Origin: Nostoc punctiforme PCC 73102
GTDB taxonomy: Bacteria > Cyanobacteriota > Cyanobacteriia > Cyanobacteriales > Nostocaceae
DNA length: 32,000 nucleotides
NCBI RefSeq assembly: GCF_000020025.1
Contig: NC_010628.1
Location: 1,590,001-1,622,000, forward strand
Reading direction: 5' to 3'
Shown here: in pieces, positions 8,889 through 18,426 of the stretch
Layout: every line of letters begins with the position of its first letter
Numbering within the stretch: position 1 is the first letter of the stretch
Notes under the pieces: model-generated
The model's database searches: none
Told to the model about the DNA's origin: nothing
What the model saw: only the letters and a program-made list of their open reading frames with translations
Position numbers and translations under genes: made by a program

Positions 8889-9440
8889 ATGAAATTAGTT
8901 CCAAAGTTAGTGCTTGCTACTGCTACCCTGACTTTAGGTTTTGCAACTGTAGATGCAAAATCTGTATCTGCTGCGATTATTAATTACGCCTTCACAGTTG
9001 ATAGTCCTATAACTAAGGGAAATGGCTTTTTTAGCTTTGACGACTCAACTCTGAGTAATGACTATACTCCCGAAGCTACTATTAAATCGCTCTTTTTTCA
9101 ATTTGATGGTGATTCTACCATTTACACAGAACAAGATGATCCGAATTACCCAGATTTTCCTGTTACATTTCAAACCACATCTTTAACAGGACAAACATCT
9201 TTTGCATTAGATTATCTGTTCAACGATAAATCTAATCCTGCCAGTTCTACCAGTTACGAAATCATCGGTGAAGATTTTACAATTTTCTCTAGAACTTCTC
9301 CAGATGCTGAACCCATATCAGGTAAAGTTTCCTATAGACAAGTACCTGAACCTACACCTTTAGTTGGCGCTCTCTTTGCTTGTAGCCTTGGCTTGATGAT
9401 GAAGAGAAAAGTAACATTGATGAAAAAGGTTAAAATCTAA
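8889..9440 (+). CDS. PEP-CTERM sorting-domain protein
   Basis: The internal ATG at 8889 gives the signal peptide MKLVPKLVLATATLTLGFATVDAKSVSA. The C-terminus is VPEPTPLVGALFACSLGLMMKRK, i.e. PEP motif, TM helix and basic tail. Confidence 0.8.
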   Translation: MKLVPKLVLATATLTLGFATVDAKSVSAAIINYAFTVDSPITKGNGFFSFDDSTLSNDYTPEATIKSLFFQFDGDSTIYTEQDDPNYPDFPVTFQTTSLTGQTSFALDYLFNDKSNPASSTSYEIIGEDFTIFSRTSPDAEPISGKVSYRQVPEPTPLVGALFACSLGLMMKRKVTLMKKVKI

Positions 9441-9665
9441 CGTTCATTAAGTTTATATTAATGCTTTCTTTGCCAAAAATTAATCTCTTATTAGTAGGCT
9501 TTCTGTAGCAACATAACATCTAACACATTGATAATAAGAAGATAATTGGGAATTAAAACCTGATTTTGGTAAGGGAACTAATTACTAAGTTTGCCTACTA
9601 TTACCCTGCCTTCTTTGTGTTAGCTGTTGCTGTGCTTTAACTTACCTGTTACTCAGGAGTAGAGA

Positions 9666-11243
9666 ATGGTAGATTACCGGAATTTTGAGCAGTTCTTGCA
9701 TAGTCGAATGAAACGACGCAACTTAATTATCGGGGCAGGAGCATTGTCTGGTTTAGCGATCGCTAACCAATTTTCTCCTCAAAGAGCGATCGCCAAAGAC
9801 AGATTTTCCGATTATCCTTTCACTTTGGGTATAGCATCGGGTGACCCCGATCCCAACAGCGTTGTGATTTGGACTCGTCTGGCTCCCGACCTCTTAAATG
9901 GAGGTGGAATGCCACCGAAGAATGTACCAATTCACTGGGAAGTGTCTACTGATGAACAGATGAAGCGCATTGTCTCCAGAGGCACAGTAGTGGCAACCCC
10001 AGAACTAGCTCACTCGGTGCGAGTTGTGGTAGAAGGACTACAGTCTGATACTTGGTACTGGTATCGCTTTTTTGTCAAAGATTACTCTAGCCCCATTGGA
10101 CGCACTCGTACAGCACCTTTAGCAAATGGCTACTTGAGTAAGTTGAACTTTGCCCTTGTCTCCTGCCAAAACTATCAGCAAGGATTCTACACCGCTTACA
10201 AATATCTAGCGCAGGACGACCTTGATTTAGTAGTCCATGTTGGCGATTACATCTATGAAGGGGGAATCTCAACCACTGGCCCCAGACAACACAATAGTTC
10301 AGAGATTTTCACCTTAGAAGATTACCGCAACCGTCACGCCCTCTATAAAAGCGATACCAACCTGCAAGCAGCTCATGCAGCATTTCCGTGGATTGTTACC
10401 TGGGACGATCACGAGGTAGAAAATAACTACGCCAACTTCATCTCAGAAATTGATAGCGAACCAGATCAAAACCCGGAAATCTTCCTGCAACGTCGGGCTG
10501 TTGCTTATCAGGCTTACTACGAACACATGCCGTTGCGTCCGTCACAACGTCCGGTTGGCCCCAATGTGCAACTTTATCGTCGGCTGAACTTTGGTAATTT
10601 AGCAACCTTCCATGTGTTAGATACCCGCCAATATCGCACCGATCAGCCTTGTGATGATGGTACTAAACCACGTCCTTGTGGACTAGAACCGAATGGAACC
10701 ATTACTGGTAAAGCACAGGAGGAATGGCTATATAATGGCTTAGATAAATCACAGGCTAAGTGGAACGTTTTAGCTCAGCAAGTTATAGTTGCTCAGGTAG
10801 ACAGAACTGCGGGGCCAGGCGCAACCTATAGTATGGATAAGTGGGATGGTTATGTGGCTTCCCGCGATCGCCTTTTGCGTTTCTTAGAACAGCGTAAACC
10901 ATCTAATCCAGTAGTCTTAACAGGCGATGTCCATAACCATTGGGCAATAAATTTAAAGGCTGACTTTAATAACCCACTATCTCCTACGGTGGGAAGTGAA
11001 TTCGTTTGTAGTTCAATATCCTCCGGTGGAAATGGCTCAGACACTATCCCCAGTTACATCGCAGAAAACCCACAGGTTAAGTTTTACAACAATAGACGGG
11101 GATATGTTCGCTGTAATGTGACTCCCACAACCTGGAAGACAGATTATCTTGCGGTGTCAGAGGTGGAAACTCCATTTGGCACGATTAGCAAAAAGGCTTC
11201 ATTTGTAGTTACAGATGGTAATCCAGAAATAAAACCCGCCTAA
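9666..11243 (+). CDS. phoD: alkaline phosphatase D family (Tat-exported)
   Basis: AGGAG lies 8 nt upstream of the ATG. Twin-arginine signal (MKRRNLIIGAGALSGLAIA). PhoD-type metallophosphatase motifs are present (VHVGDYIYE, WDDHEVENNY, VLTGDVHNHW). Confidence 0.9.
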   Translation: MVDYRNFEQFLHSRMKRRNLIIGAGALSGLAIANQFSPQRAIAKDRFSDYPFTLGIASGDPDPNSVVIWTRLAPDLLNGGGMPPKNVPIHWEVSTDEQMKRIVSRGTVVATPELAHSVRVVVEGLQSDTWYWYRFFVKDYSSPIGRTRTAPLANGYLSKLNFALVSCQNYQQGFYTAYKYLAQDDLDLVVHVGDYIYEGGISTTGPRQHNSSEIFTLEDYRNRHALYKSDTNLQAAHAAFPWIVTWDDHEVENNYANFISEIDSEPDQNPEIFLQRRAVAYQAYYEHMPLRPSQRPVGPNVQLYRRLNFGNLATFHVLDTRQYRTDQPCDDGTKPRPCGLEPNGTITGKAQEEWLYNGLDKSQAKWNVLAQQVIVAQVDRTAGPGATYSMDKWDGYVASRDRLLRFLEQRKPSNPVVLTGDVHNHWAINLKADFNNPLSPTVGSEFVCSSISSGGNGSDTIPSYIAENPQVKFYNNRRGYVRCNVTPTTWKTDYLAVSEVETPFGTISKKASFVVTDGNPEIKPA

Positions 11244-11278
11244 TCGTTTAATTCCCAGGTATCGACACTAGAAAATCA

Positions 11279-11319
11279 CAGATGAACACAGAGAAATTAT
11301 CAGTGTTCATCTGTTTTTT
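11279..11319 (+). terminator. Rho-independent terminator of phoD
   Basis: CAGATGAACAC (11279-11289) pairs with GTGTTCATCTG (11303-11313), followed by TTTTTT. Confidence 0.8.
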
Positions 11320-11400
11320 CCTTTTCAGAAAACTGACTTTTGCAAGTTGATACTTTCTAACGTCCACTCGCTTTAGAAGATTAGCGATCGCACTATAAAT

Positions 11401-11561
11401 CAATATCGTTCAGTTAAGAAAAATAGTAGTAGCGCGGCAAGCCTAAAATATTGGGTTAAAACAATCTAGAAAATACACCAACAAAAAAAATATTCTCTGA
11501 TGACTCAACCCAACAAATTAAGCTTGCTGCGCTACTACACAACTTTTAGTTTTTACTATTG
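11401..11561. mobile_element. second copy of the CAATAYCG-type MITE (right arm shortened), abutting the CRISPR trailer
   Basis: Left end CAATATCGTTCAGTTAAGAAAAATAGTAG and the internal block CTACACAACTTTTAGTTTTTAC match the 8643 element. It has its own long hairpin (TAGTAGCGCGGCAAGC / GCTTGCTGCGCTACTA). It ends ...CTATTG. ATAAAT is present on both flanks (11395-11400 and 11562-11567). Confidence 0.6.
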
Positions 11562-11610
11562 ATAAATTGCAATCCCCAGCCAGCAGGAACCCCAAACGGA
11601 CTGTAAACCA

Positions 11611-14600
11611 GTTTCAATCCCTAATAGGGATTTTGATAAATTGCAATTCCCAAGAAAAATACGGCTATCAATATCAAGATAGTTTCAATCCCTAATAGGG
11701 ATTTTGAGAAATTGCAATAAGTTTGCTCTGATGCCATGCGATCGCTCCTTTGAGTTTCAATCCCTAATAGGGATTTTGAGAAATTGCAATCTTTCCTTGT
11801 CATCCTGTTCCCACTTACTATCCTGTTTCAATCCCTAATAGGGATTTTGAGAAATTGCAATTTTGTCCCCCAAGGCGGTATAGGACTTGAATAAGGTTTC
11901 AATCCCTAATAGGGATTTTGAGAAATTGCAATCCCTAGTGGATGGTCAGGGTGTCCTATTCAGCAGAATAAGTTTCAATCCCTAATAGGGATTTTGAGAA
12001 ATTGCAATAAGGAGCGATCGCGTCTGATTTGATGAAGTTCCAGTGTTTCAATCCCTAATAGGGATTTTGAGAAATTGCAATAGGCTTGGTAAAACTCAGG
12101 GGCACAAAGGTAGCCTTGGGTTTCAATCCCTAATAGGGATTTTGAGAAATTGCAATCTTATATGGTGAGGCTTCAGGGCTAGTTCCCTTCATAAAATCCG
12201 TTTCAATCCCTAATAGGGATTTTGAGAAATTGCAATATCTTCTTAGCCCACAGCTAGGGCAAATCAAGAATATGTTTCAATCCCTAATAGGGATTTTGAG
12301 AAATTGCAATGAGAACGCCGCCCATCTGGGCTGTAAAGAGTGTTTCAATCCCTAATAGGGATTTTGAGAAATTGCAATTCGTAGTGGTCGATCGCTGGAT
12401 GCCTTCTAGTAAGTTTCAATCCCTAATAGGGATTTTGAGAAATTGCAATCAATTACATCCATCTTTACCTGAGCCTAAGAATTTGTTTCAATCCCTAATA
12501 GGGATTTTGAGAAATTGCAATATTGGTTTTTTGTAAAAAGCACGTCAACTAGTGATTGTTTCAATCCCTAATAGGGATTTTGAGAAATTGCAATGTCCGC
12601 AGGTCTTCAGATAATCGAACAATTGGTTTGTCCTTGTTTCAATCCCTAATAGGGATTTTGAGAAATTGCAATCATCCAAGCGCGTTCTGCTTCGTTGAGT
12701 TGTTCAAAGCCAGGTTTCAATCCCTAATAGGGATTTTGAGAAATTGCAATTTGGATAATTGCACCGCGAAGCATTTAAGCACTGGGTTTCAATCCCTAAT
12801 AGGGATTTTGAGAAATTGCAATTCCGCGTTTCATTCGCTTGTTAGCGATCGCAGCTAAGTTTCAATCCCTAATAGGGATTTTGAGAAATTGCAATAAGGT
12901 CAACATCAGCAAGAGTCAGCATACCGCTAAAAGTTTCAATCCCTAATAGGGATTTTGAGAAATTGCAATTATTTATTTCAAAGAAAAGATGCGGGTATTG
13001 ATGTAAGTTTCAATCCCTAATAGGGATTTTGAGAAATTGCAATCCTGCGTATTGGCTTCGCTACACTTCTGGTAGTGAGGTTTCAATCCCTAATAGGGAT
13101 TTTGAGAAATTGCAATACGCGATCGCGGTTCGAGCATTTCCCCGTTATGTTCAGTTTCAATCCCTAATAGGGATTTTGAGAAATTGCAATCACTGATGTG
13201 CCAAAGGTAGATAGGCCCAAGAGATGTTTCAATCCCTAATAGGGATTTTGAGAAATTGCAATCATTTCAAACTCAGAAAACTGAAGCTTTGCCATGTTTC
13301 AATCCCTAATAGGGATTTTGAGAAATTGCAATTTGAATGTCACTTTGTACAATCAAGTCTGTCACGTCTGTTTCAATCCCTAATAGGGATTTTGAGAAAT
13401 TGCAATTTGACCCCTCCCCCCACTGTGTGGTATGGTTGAATGTTTCAATCCCTAATAGGGATTTTGAGAAATTGCAATTTGTCAGTTCAAGCTGCTGTTC
13501 GTCAGGCTACTGTGTTTCAATCCCTAATAGGGATTTTGAGAAATTGCAATAACTCGAAAGCCCCGCGAGGAAGCTTATCAGTTGTTTCAATCCCTAATAG
13601 GGATTTTGAGAAATTGCAATCTTATAGCGATCCGTTTCACCTTCACTACCGACACGTTTCAATCCCTAATAGGGATTTTGAGAAATTGCAATGATGATTT
13701 TTGCTGCTGTCCCCGTCATTTACCTGTTTCAATCCCTAATAGGGATTTTGAGAAATTGCAATATTACATTTTGTTTTTGTGCTGAGGCAATTCTTGTTTC
13801 AATCCCTAATAGGGATTTTGAGAAATTGCAATCGGAGACTAAAGTTAGACTGAGCGTCTAAAACACCTGTTTCAATCCCTAATAGGGATTTTGAGAAATT
13901 GCAATCTTTACATCTTCACCTTGTCGTTCACTGCGATGTGTTTCAATCCCTAATAGGGATTTTGAGAAATTGCAATATTAACGACCATCCAAGTAGCAAC
14001 AATAGCTATAAAGTTTCAATCCCTAATAGGGATTTTGAGAAATTGCAATCCCCGGTGCAGAGGGGAGTGAGCTAGTTGCTATCAAAGTTTCAATCCCTAA
14101 TAGGGATTTTGAGAAATTGCAATTTTAATCCGCCCTGACAAAACCCTATACCCTCAAGTTTCAATCCCTAATAGGGATTTTGAGAAATTGCAATCACCCA
14201 GGGGATTTCCTTCCTGCGATCGTGGAATTTTGTTTCAATCCCTAATAGGGATTTTGAGAAATTGCAATAGAATCCTCGGAGTATTCCGTCTGGGGACGTA
14301 TTGGTTTCAATCCCTAATAGGGATTTTGAGAAATTGCAATTTAATAGAGCTAATCAAAAGGGTGCAGGGCGATCGCCCTCGTTTCAATCCCTAATAGGGA
14401 TTTTGAGAAATTGCAATTTTTTTAATAGTATCACCAGCATCATTGTCATACTCGTTTCAATCCCTAATAGGGATTTTGAGAAATTGCAATAAATTTAGCT
14501 TGCAGGCGATCGCTGTGAGCTAAGGAGTTTCAATCCCTAATAGGGATTTTGAGAAATTGCAATTCTCCTCCTCAATATCTTTAAGTTTTAGTTTCTTGTT

Positions 14601-15868
14601 TCAATCCCTAATAGGGATTTTGAGAAATTGCAATAAGGGTTACACCCCAGGACTGCCCCAATTTATCCAAGTTTCAATCCCTAATAGGGATTTTGAGAAA
14701 TTGCAATCTGCCCTTCCCAATGACTGGATTGGGAAAAAGATGGATGTTTCAATCCCTAATAGGGATTTTGAGAAATTGCAATCGGGCATCAACTGTCATT
14801 CTGACCGATCGCCCATCAGTTTCAATCCCTAATAGGGATTTTGAGAAATTGCAATACCGTTCAACTGCCTCTGCCACGCCCCCTCGTTAGGTTTCAATCC
14901 CTAATAGGGATTTTGAGAAATTGCAATTTATTTGCAAGTGTGTGCTTTACCGCAGCTGCATACGTTTCAATCCCTAATAGGGATTTTGAGAAATTGCAAT
15001 CTTAGTGTATCCTCCCACCTCAACATATTCACCATGCATCTGTTTCAATCCCTAATAGGGATTTTGAGAAATTGCAATCACTTGCGATCGCTTGCTACTT
15101 TCCCGCCAAGCGTTTCAATCCCTAATAGGGATTTTGAGAAATTGCAATGCGAAAAAAGATTCTACTACGGGGAAGTTTCCTAGGTTTCAATCCCTAATAG
15201 GGATTTTGAGAAATTGCAATGTAATTGCAACCGAAGATTGCACTTTATGACTAAGTTTCAATCCCTAATAGGGATTTTGAGAAATTGCAATTTTACATGT
15301 CAAGACTTGCTAAAGATAAAGAGTTAAAGGTTTCAATCCCTAATAGGGATTTTGAGAAATTGCAATATTGCGGCATTGAGGCATTCCAAAATGATTATTC
15401 ATGTTTCAATCCCTAATAGGGATTTTGAGAAATTGCAATTATAAAGTATGGAGTGCTGGCGAGTATTCCGAAAGTTTCAATCCCTAATAGGGATTTTGAG
15501 AAATTGCAATGTTGGCGGCCAGCAGGGTCATCGACATCCTAAAAGAGTTTCAATCCCTAATAGGGATTTTGAGAAATTGCAATTATCTAAAGCAGTTTTA
15601 GGGTTCATAGCGACATTAGTTTCAATCCCTAATAGGGATTTTGAGAAATTGCAATTAATATTGAAGGCTATTTTGATATCCTCACCAGAGTTTCAATCCC
15701 TAATAGGGATTTTGAGAAATTGCAATCACAGGCTTCTGCTATTTTCATGATTCTGATTGCGTTTCAATCCCTAATAGGGATTTTGAGAAATTGCAATTCT
15801 ATCAATTGTATGAATAGCGATCGCCATATCCGTTTCAATCCCTAATAGGGATTTTGAGAAATTGCAAT
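11611..15868 (-). CRISPR. CRISPR array, 59 repeats of 37 bp and 58 spacers
   Basis: The plus-strand repeat is GTTTCAATCCCTAATAGGGATTTTGAGAAATTGCAAT. Its reverse complement ends in ATTGAAAC and carries the hairpin AATCCCT-ATT-AGGGATT. I located every repeat start by hand: first 11611, last 15832. Spacers are 31-43 nt and total 2075 nt. By eye all repeats are identical except the first (11611-11647), which has GATAAATT in place of GAGAAATT. The strand given is the inferred transcription direction. Confidence 0.97.
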
Positions 15869-16270
15869 AGCGGGAGCCTGAAACCCAAGCTGTATTTAGT
15901 TTTCAAGGTGCGGTTGCGCGATTCAAGGGCAATCATAGCATTAGAGAATTTGTTTGGAAAGAGTGCCAAAAAATTTAAAGGCTGAAATCGTCTTTTGGTA
16001 AGCATTTCAGAGATTGCGCGGATTAGGATTAGGCGGCTAATTGGTTGAAAACCTTACTGTATCTGGAATAGAAGTACTTTTTTGGGACTGTAGAATTTGT
16101 ACACCTACCCTTCCGCGCATTTGAGATAGGGGAACCTAGCCAAAAGGTAACTCAGTAGAGAAAATTGTTTAGTCCCGTGGCTTATTCTTTGCCAATACAG
16201 GCAGCTTTTCTCTGACAAAAGCCATATAGAAGAAACATTTGGACAGCAAACGAATCTAAAATATTACGGT
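15869..16270 (-). promoter_or_regulatory. putative CRISPR leader
   Basis: Non-coding flank next to the non-degenerate end of the array. It contains three TGCGCG-core motifs. I could not identify a promoter. Confidence 0.4.
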
Positions 16271-16354
16271 AAACTAATTCATAAATTGTAATATTTGTTG
16301 TTGTACTACTGTACTGATAACCAACAATAAAGTTTCCGCCAATTTAGGGTAGAG

Positions 16355-17188
16355 ATGATGAAAGAAATAACACGCCGCAAATTTATCGCAACAAGCACCT
16401 TGGCGACGGGTTTTGCCTTGGCAGTGCAACCCATTTCTGCTCAAGTCACCGCTACCGATGCTAAGGGGTTGGTAGCTGGTGCAGTGAAAATTCCCGTCAA
16501 AGATGGCGAAATTCCTGCGTACAGAGCAGCACCCGCCACTGGTGAAAATTTCCCAATTGTCTTGGTAATTCAAGAAATCTTTGGCGTACACGAGCATATT
16601 CAAGATGTTACTCGTCGTTTTGCTCAGTTGGGATACTTGGCGATCGCACCGGAATTATTTATCCGTCAAGGCGATGTCACTAAGTTAAGCAGTATAGACG
16701 AAATTCGCCCAATTGTTGCCAAAGTACCAGATGCCCAAGTGTTATCCGATCTCGATGCCACGGTAAAATGGGCTGTGAAATCAGCTAAAGGCAATGCCAA
16801 TAAATTGGCGATTACAGGTTTCTGCTGGGGTGGCCGCATTACCTGGTTGTATGCGGCACACAATCCCAAGGTAAAGGCAGGTGTAGCATGGTATGGGCGA
16901 CTCGTGGGCGATGCTACCGAACTTCAGCCCAAGTATCCAATTGATATTGCATCGGCGTTGACAGTCCCCATTCTCGGACTCTACGGTGGCAAAGATACGG
17001 GTATTCCCCTTGATACAGTAGAACAGATGCGCGATCACTTAAAGTCTAGTAGCAGCAAATCTGAGATCATCGTCTACCCCGATGCACCCCACGCTTTTTT
17101 TGCCGATTATCGCCCCTCCTACCGTGAGAAAGATGCTAAGGACGGTTGGAAACGTCTTTTGGCGTGGTTTAAGCAAAATGGTGTTTAA
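16355..17188 (+). CDS. dienelactone hydrolase family protein (Tat signal)
   Basis: Starts [23 protein letters not shown]. The nucleophile motif is ITGFCWGG. C-terminal YPDAPHAFF is typical of the DLH fold. Confidence 0.85.
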   Translation: MMKEITRRKFIATSTLATGFALAVQPISAQVTATDAKGLVAGAVKIPVKDGEIPAYRAAPATGENFPIVLVIQEIFGVHEHIQDVTRRFAQLGYLAIAPELFIRQGDVTKLSSIDEIRPIVAKVPDAQVLSDLDATVKWAVKSAKGNANKLAITGFCWGGRITWLYAAHNPKVKAGVAWYGRLVGDATELQPKYPIDIASALTVPILGLYGGKDTGIPLDTVEQMRDHLKSSSSKSEIIVYPDAPHAFFADYRPSYREKDAKDGWKRLLAWFKQNGV

Positions 17189-17198
17189 CGGTATCGGT

Positions 17199-18140
17199 TT
17201 ACGAACTGTGACTTTGAAAAAAGTTCCAAATTGTTTCACTGGCGTTCAGCCCCAGGTTTGCGTTGAATTTGTTTAGATTTTTGTCAGTTGAGGAACCACC
17301 AGGCCAGAAATGTCCACCGTTTATTACCGCTAGCTGCCAGACTTCTGAGTTGCCACTACAACCTGTGTAGATAGCGGTTTTCACTTTATCTTCAGCAAAG
17401 TCAGGAGATTTATTTGATGAAGTACATTGATCGTGCGATCGCCAAAAATCTACCATGTCTGAGATAGAAAGCAACGCTCCTCGTTGAGTACGATCGTCAC
17501 CTTCATAAAGTACATCGCGATCGTTTGTACCGTTAATCGTTAACATCGATATGGAAGTTCGAGGCTGGCAATTAGATTTGAGTCTAACAGGGAGCGAACC
17601 AGCTACTGATGCAAAACCAGAAATTTTATCAGGTAACTTACAAGCCAGTGCTTGGGTAAGTATGGCACCTCTAGAAAAACCGGTGGCATAAATTTTATGG
17701 CTATCAATATTGATTTGCTGCTGAAGATGATTAATCAAAGCATTGACAAACGAAACATCATCCACCCTTCCTTGAGCGTTACCTCTAAGGCTCCATTTTT
17801 GGTCAATTCCATCTGGATAAACAACAATAAATCCTTTTTTATCTGCTAATTCATTGAAGCGAGTCACATTACTGATAGACCGACCATTACCATCATCTCC
17901 ATGAAACACTAAAACTAACGGCATTGGGCGGTCTGGATTATAAGATTTTGGAGTGTACAAATAGTAAGTACGTAACTTTCCTTGATCGTATAGTTCTCCA
18001 TAATTATCGCCACTCAAGATTTTTGCTTTAGTTATATTTTTTTCTTCAGCCTGAATGGAATCGCAGGCTGTCAATAAAGTAACTCCAAGTAGAACTATTA
18101 CAACTTTTTTTAAAATCCGATAATTTTGATAGATATTCAT
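17199..18140 (-). CDS. PHB-depolymerase-family esterase, probable lipoprotein
   Basis: Lipobox LLTAC after a signal peptide. Motifs: LVLVFHGDDGNG, GFIVVYPDG, and the nucleophile elbow GFSRG. Confidence 0.8.
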   Translation of the reverse strand: MNIYQNYRILKKVVIVLLGVTLLTACDSIQAEEKNITKAKILSGDNYGELYDQGKLRTYYLYTPKSYNPDRPMPLVLVFHGDDGNGRSISNVTRFNELADKKGFIVVYPDGIDQKWSLRGNAQGRVDDVSFVNALINHLQQQINIDSHKIYATGFSRGAILTQALACKLPDKISGFASVAGSLPVRLKSNCQPRTSISMLTINGTNDRDVLYEGDDRTQRGALLSISDMVDFWRSHDQCTSSNKSPDFAEDKVKTAIYTGCSGNSEVWQLAVINGGHFWPGGSSTDKNLNKFNANLGLNASETIWNFFQSHSS

Positions 18141-18364
18141 GTGAATTAAATTGAGTTATGTGAGATATTTTTATTTTGTAAATCTTATTTAGTTTAGTAA
18201 AAGCTTTTACCTAATAGAGGATTTGCTGTATTGTTGTTAGTTTAAAATACTAAAAAATTATACATAGTGGAATAAAGTCATAATTTAAGCATGACTTTAT
18301 TCACATTTAGGAAATCTGCTGTGTCTAAGGGCAATTAAACAATTCTTAACTACTAATGACATCC

Positions 18365-18399
18365 CAAATATAGAAAAGCCTCCCGACAATGAGAGGCTT
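18365..18399 (-). terminator. terminator of the 1038-aa gene
   Basis: On the minus strand AAGCCUC-UCAUUGUCGG-GAGGCUU is followed by UUUCUAUAUUU, about 30 nt after the stop. Confidence 0.6.
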
Positions 18400-18426
18400 A
18401 AATGTGAGCGGAGACAACTTGTTAAA

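Noticed and set aside
9441-9665. Pho box upstream of phoD
   Set aside because: One octamer, TTTAACTT (around 9635), fits PyTTAAPyPy(T/A). The neighbouring octamers at 11-bp spacing (TGTTGCTG, TGTTACTC) do not fit, so no tandem Pho box can be supported.
11621-15750. About twenty 60-100-aa ORFs in the track across the array, containing FQSLIGILRNCN or VSIPNRDFEKLQ
   Set aside because: These peptides are just the CRISPR repeat translated in two frames. The ORFs tile the array, have no start context and are artefacts.
15899-15933. Possible degenerate 60th repeat (GTTTTCAAGGTGCGGTTGCGCGATTCAAGGGCAAT), 30 nt beyond the last repeat
   Set aside because: It begins with GTTT and ends with GCAAT at a spacer-like distance, but only about half the positions match and the central hairpin is absent. 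The variant and truncated repeats at the opposite end are much stronger evidence for where the trailer is. I treat it as leader sequence.
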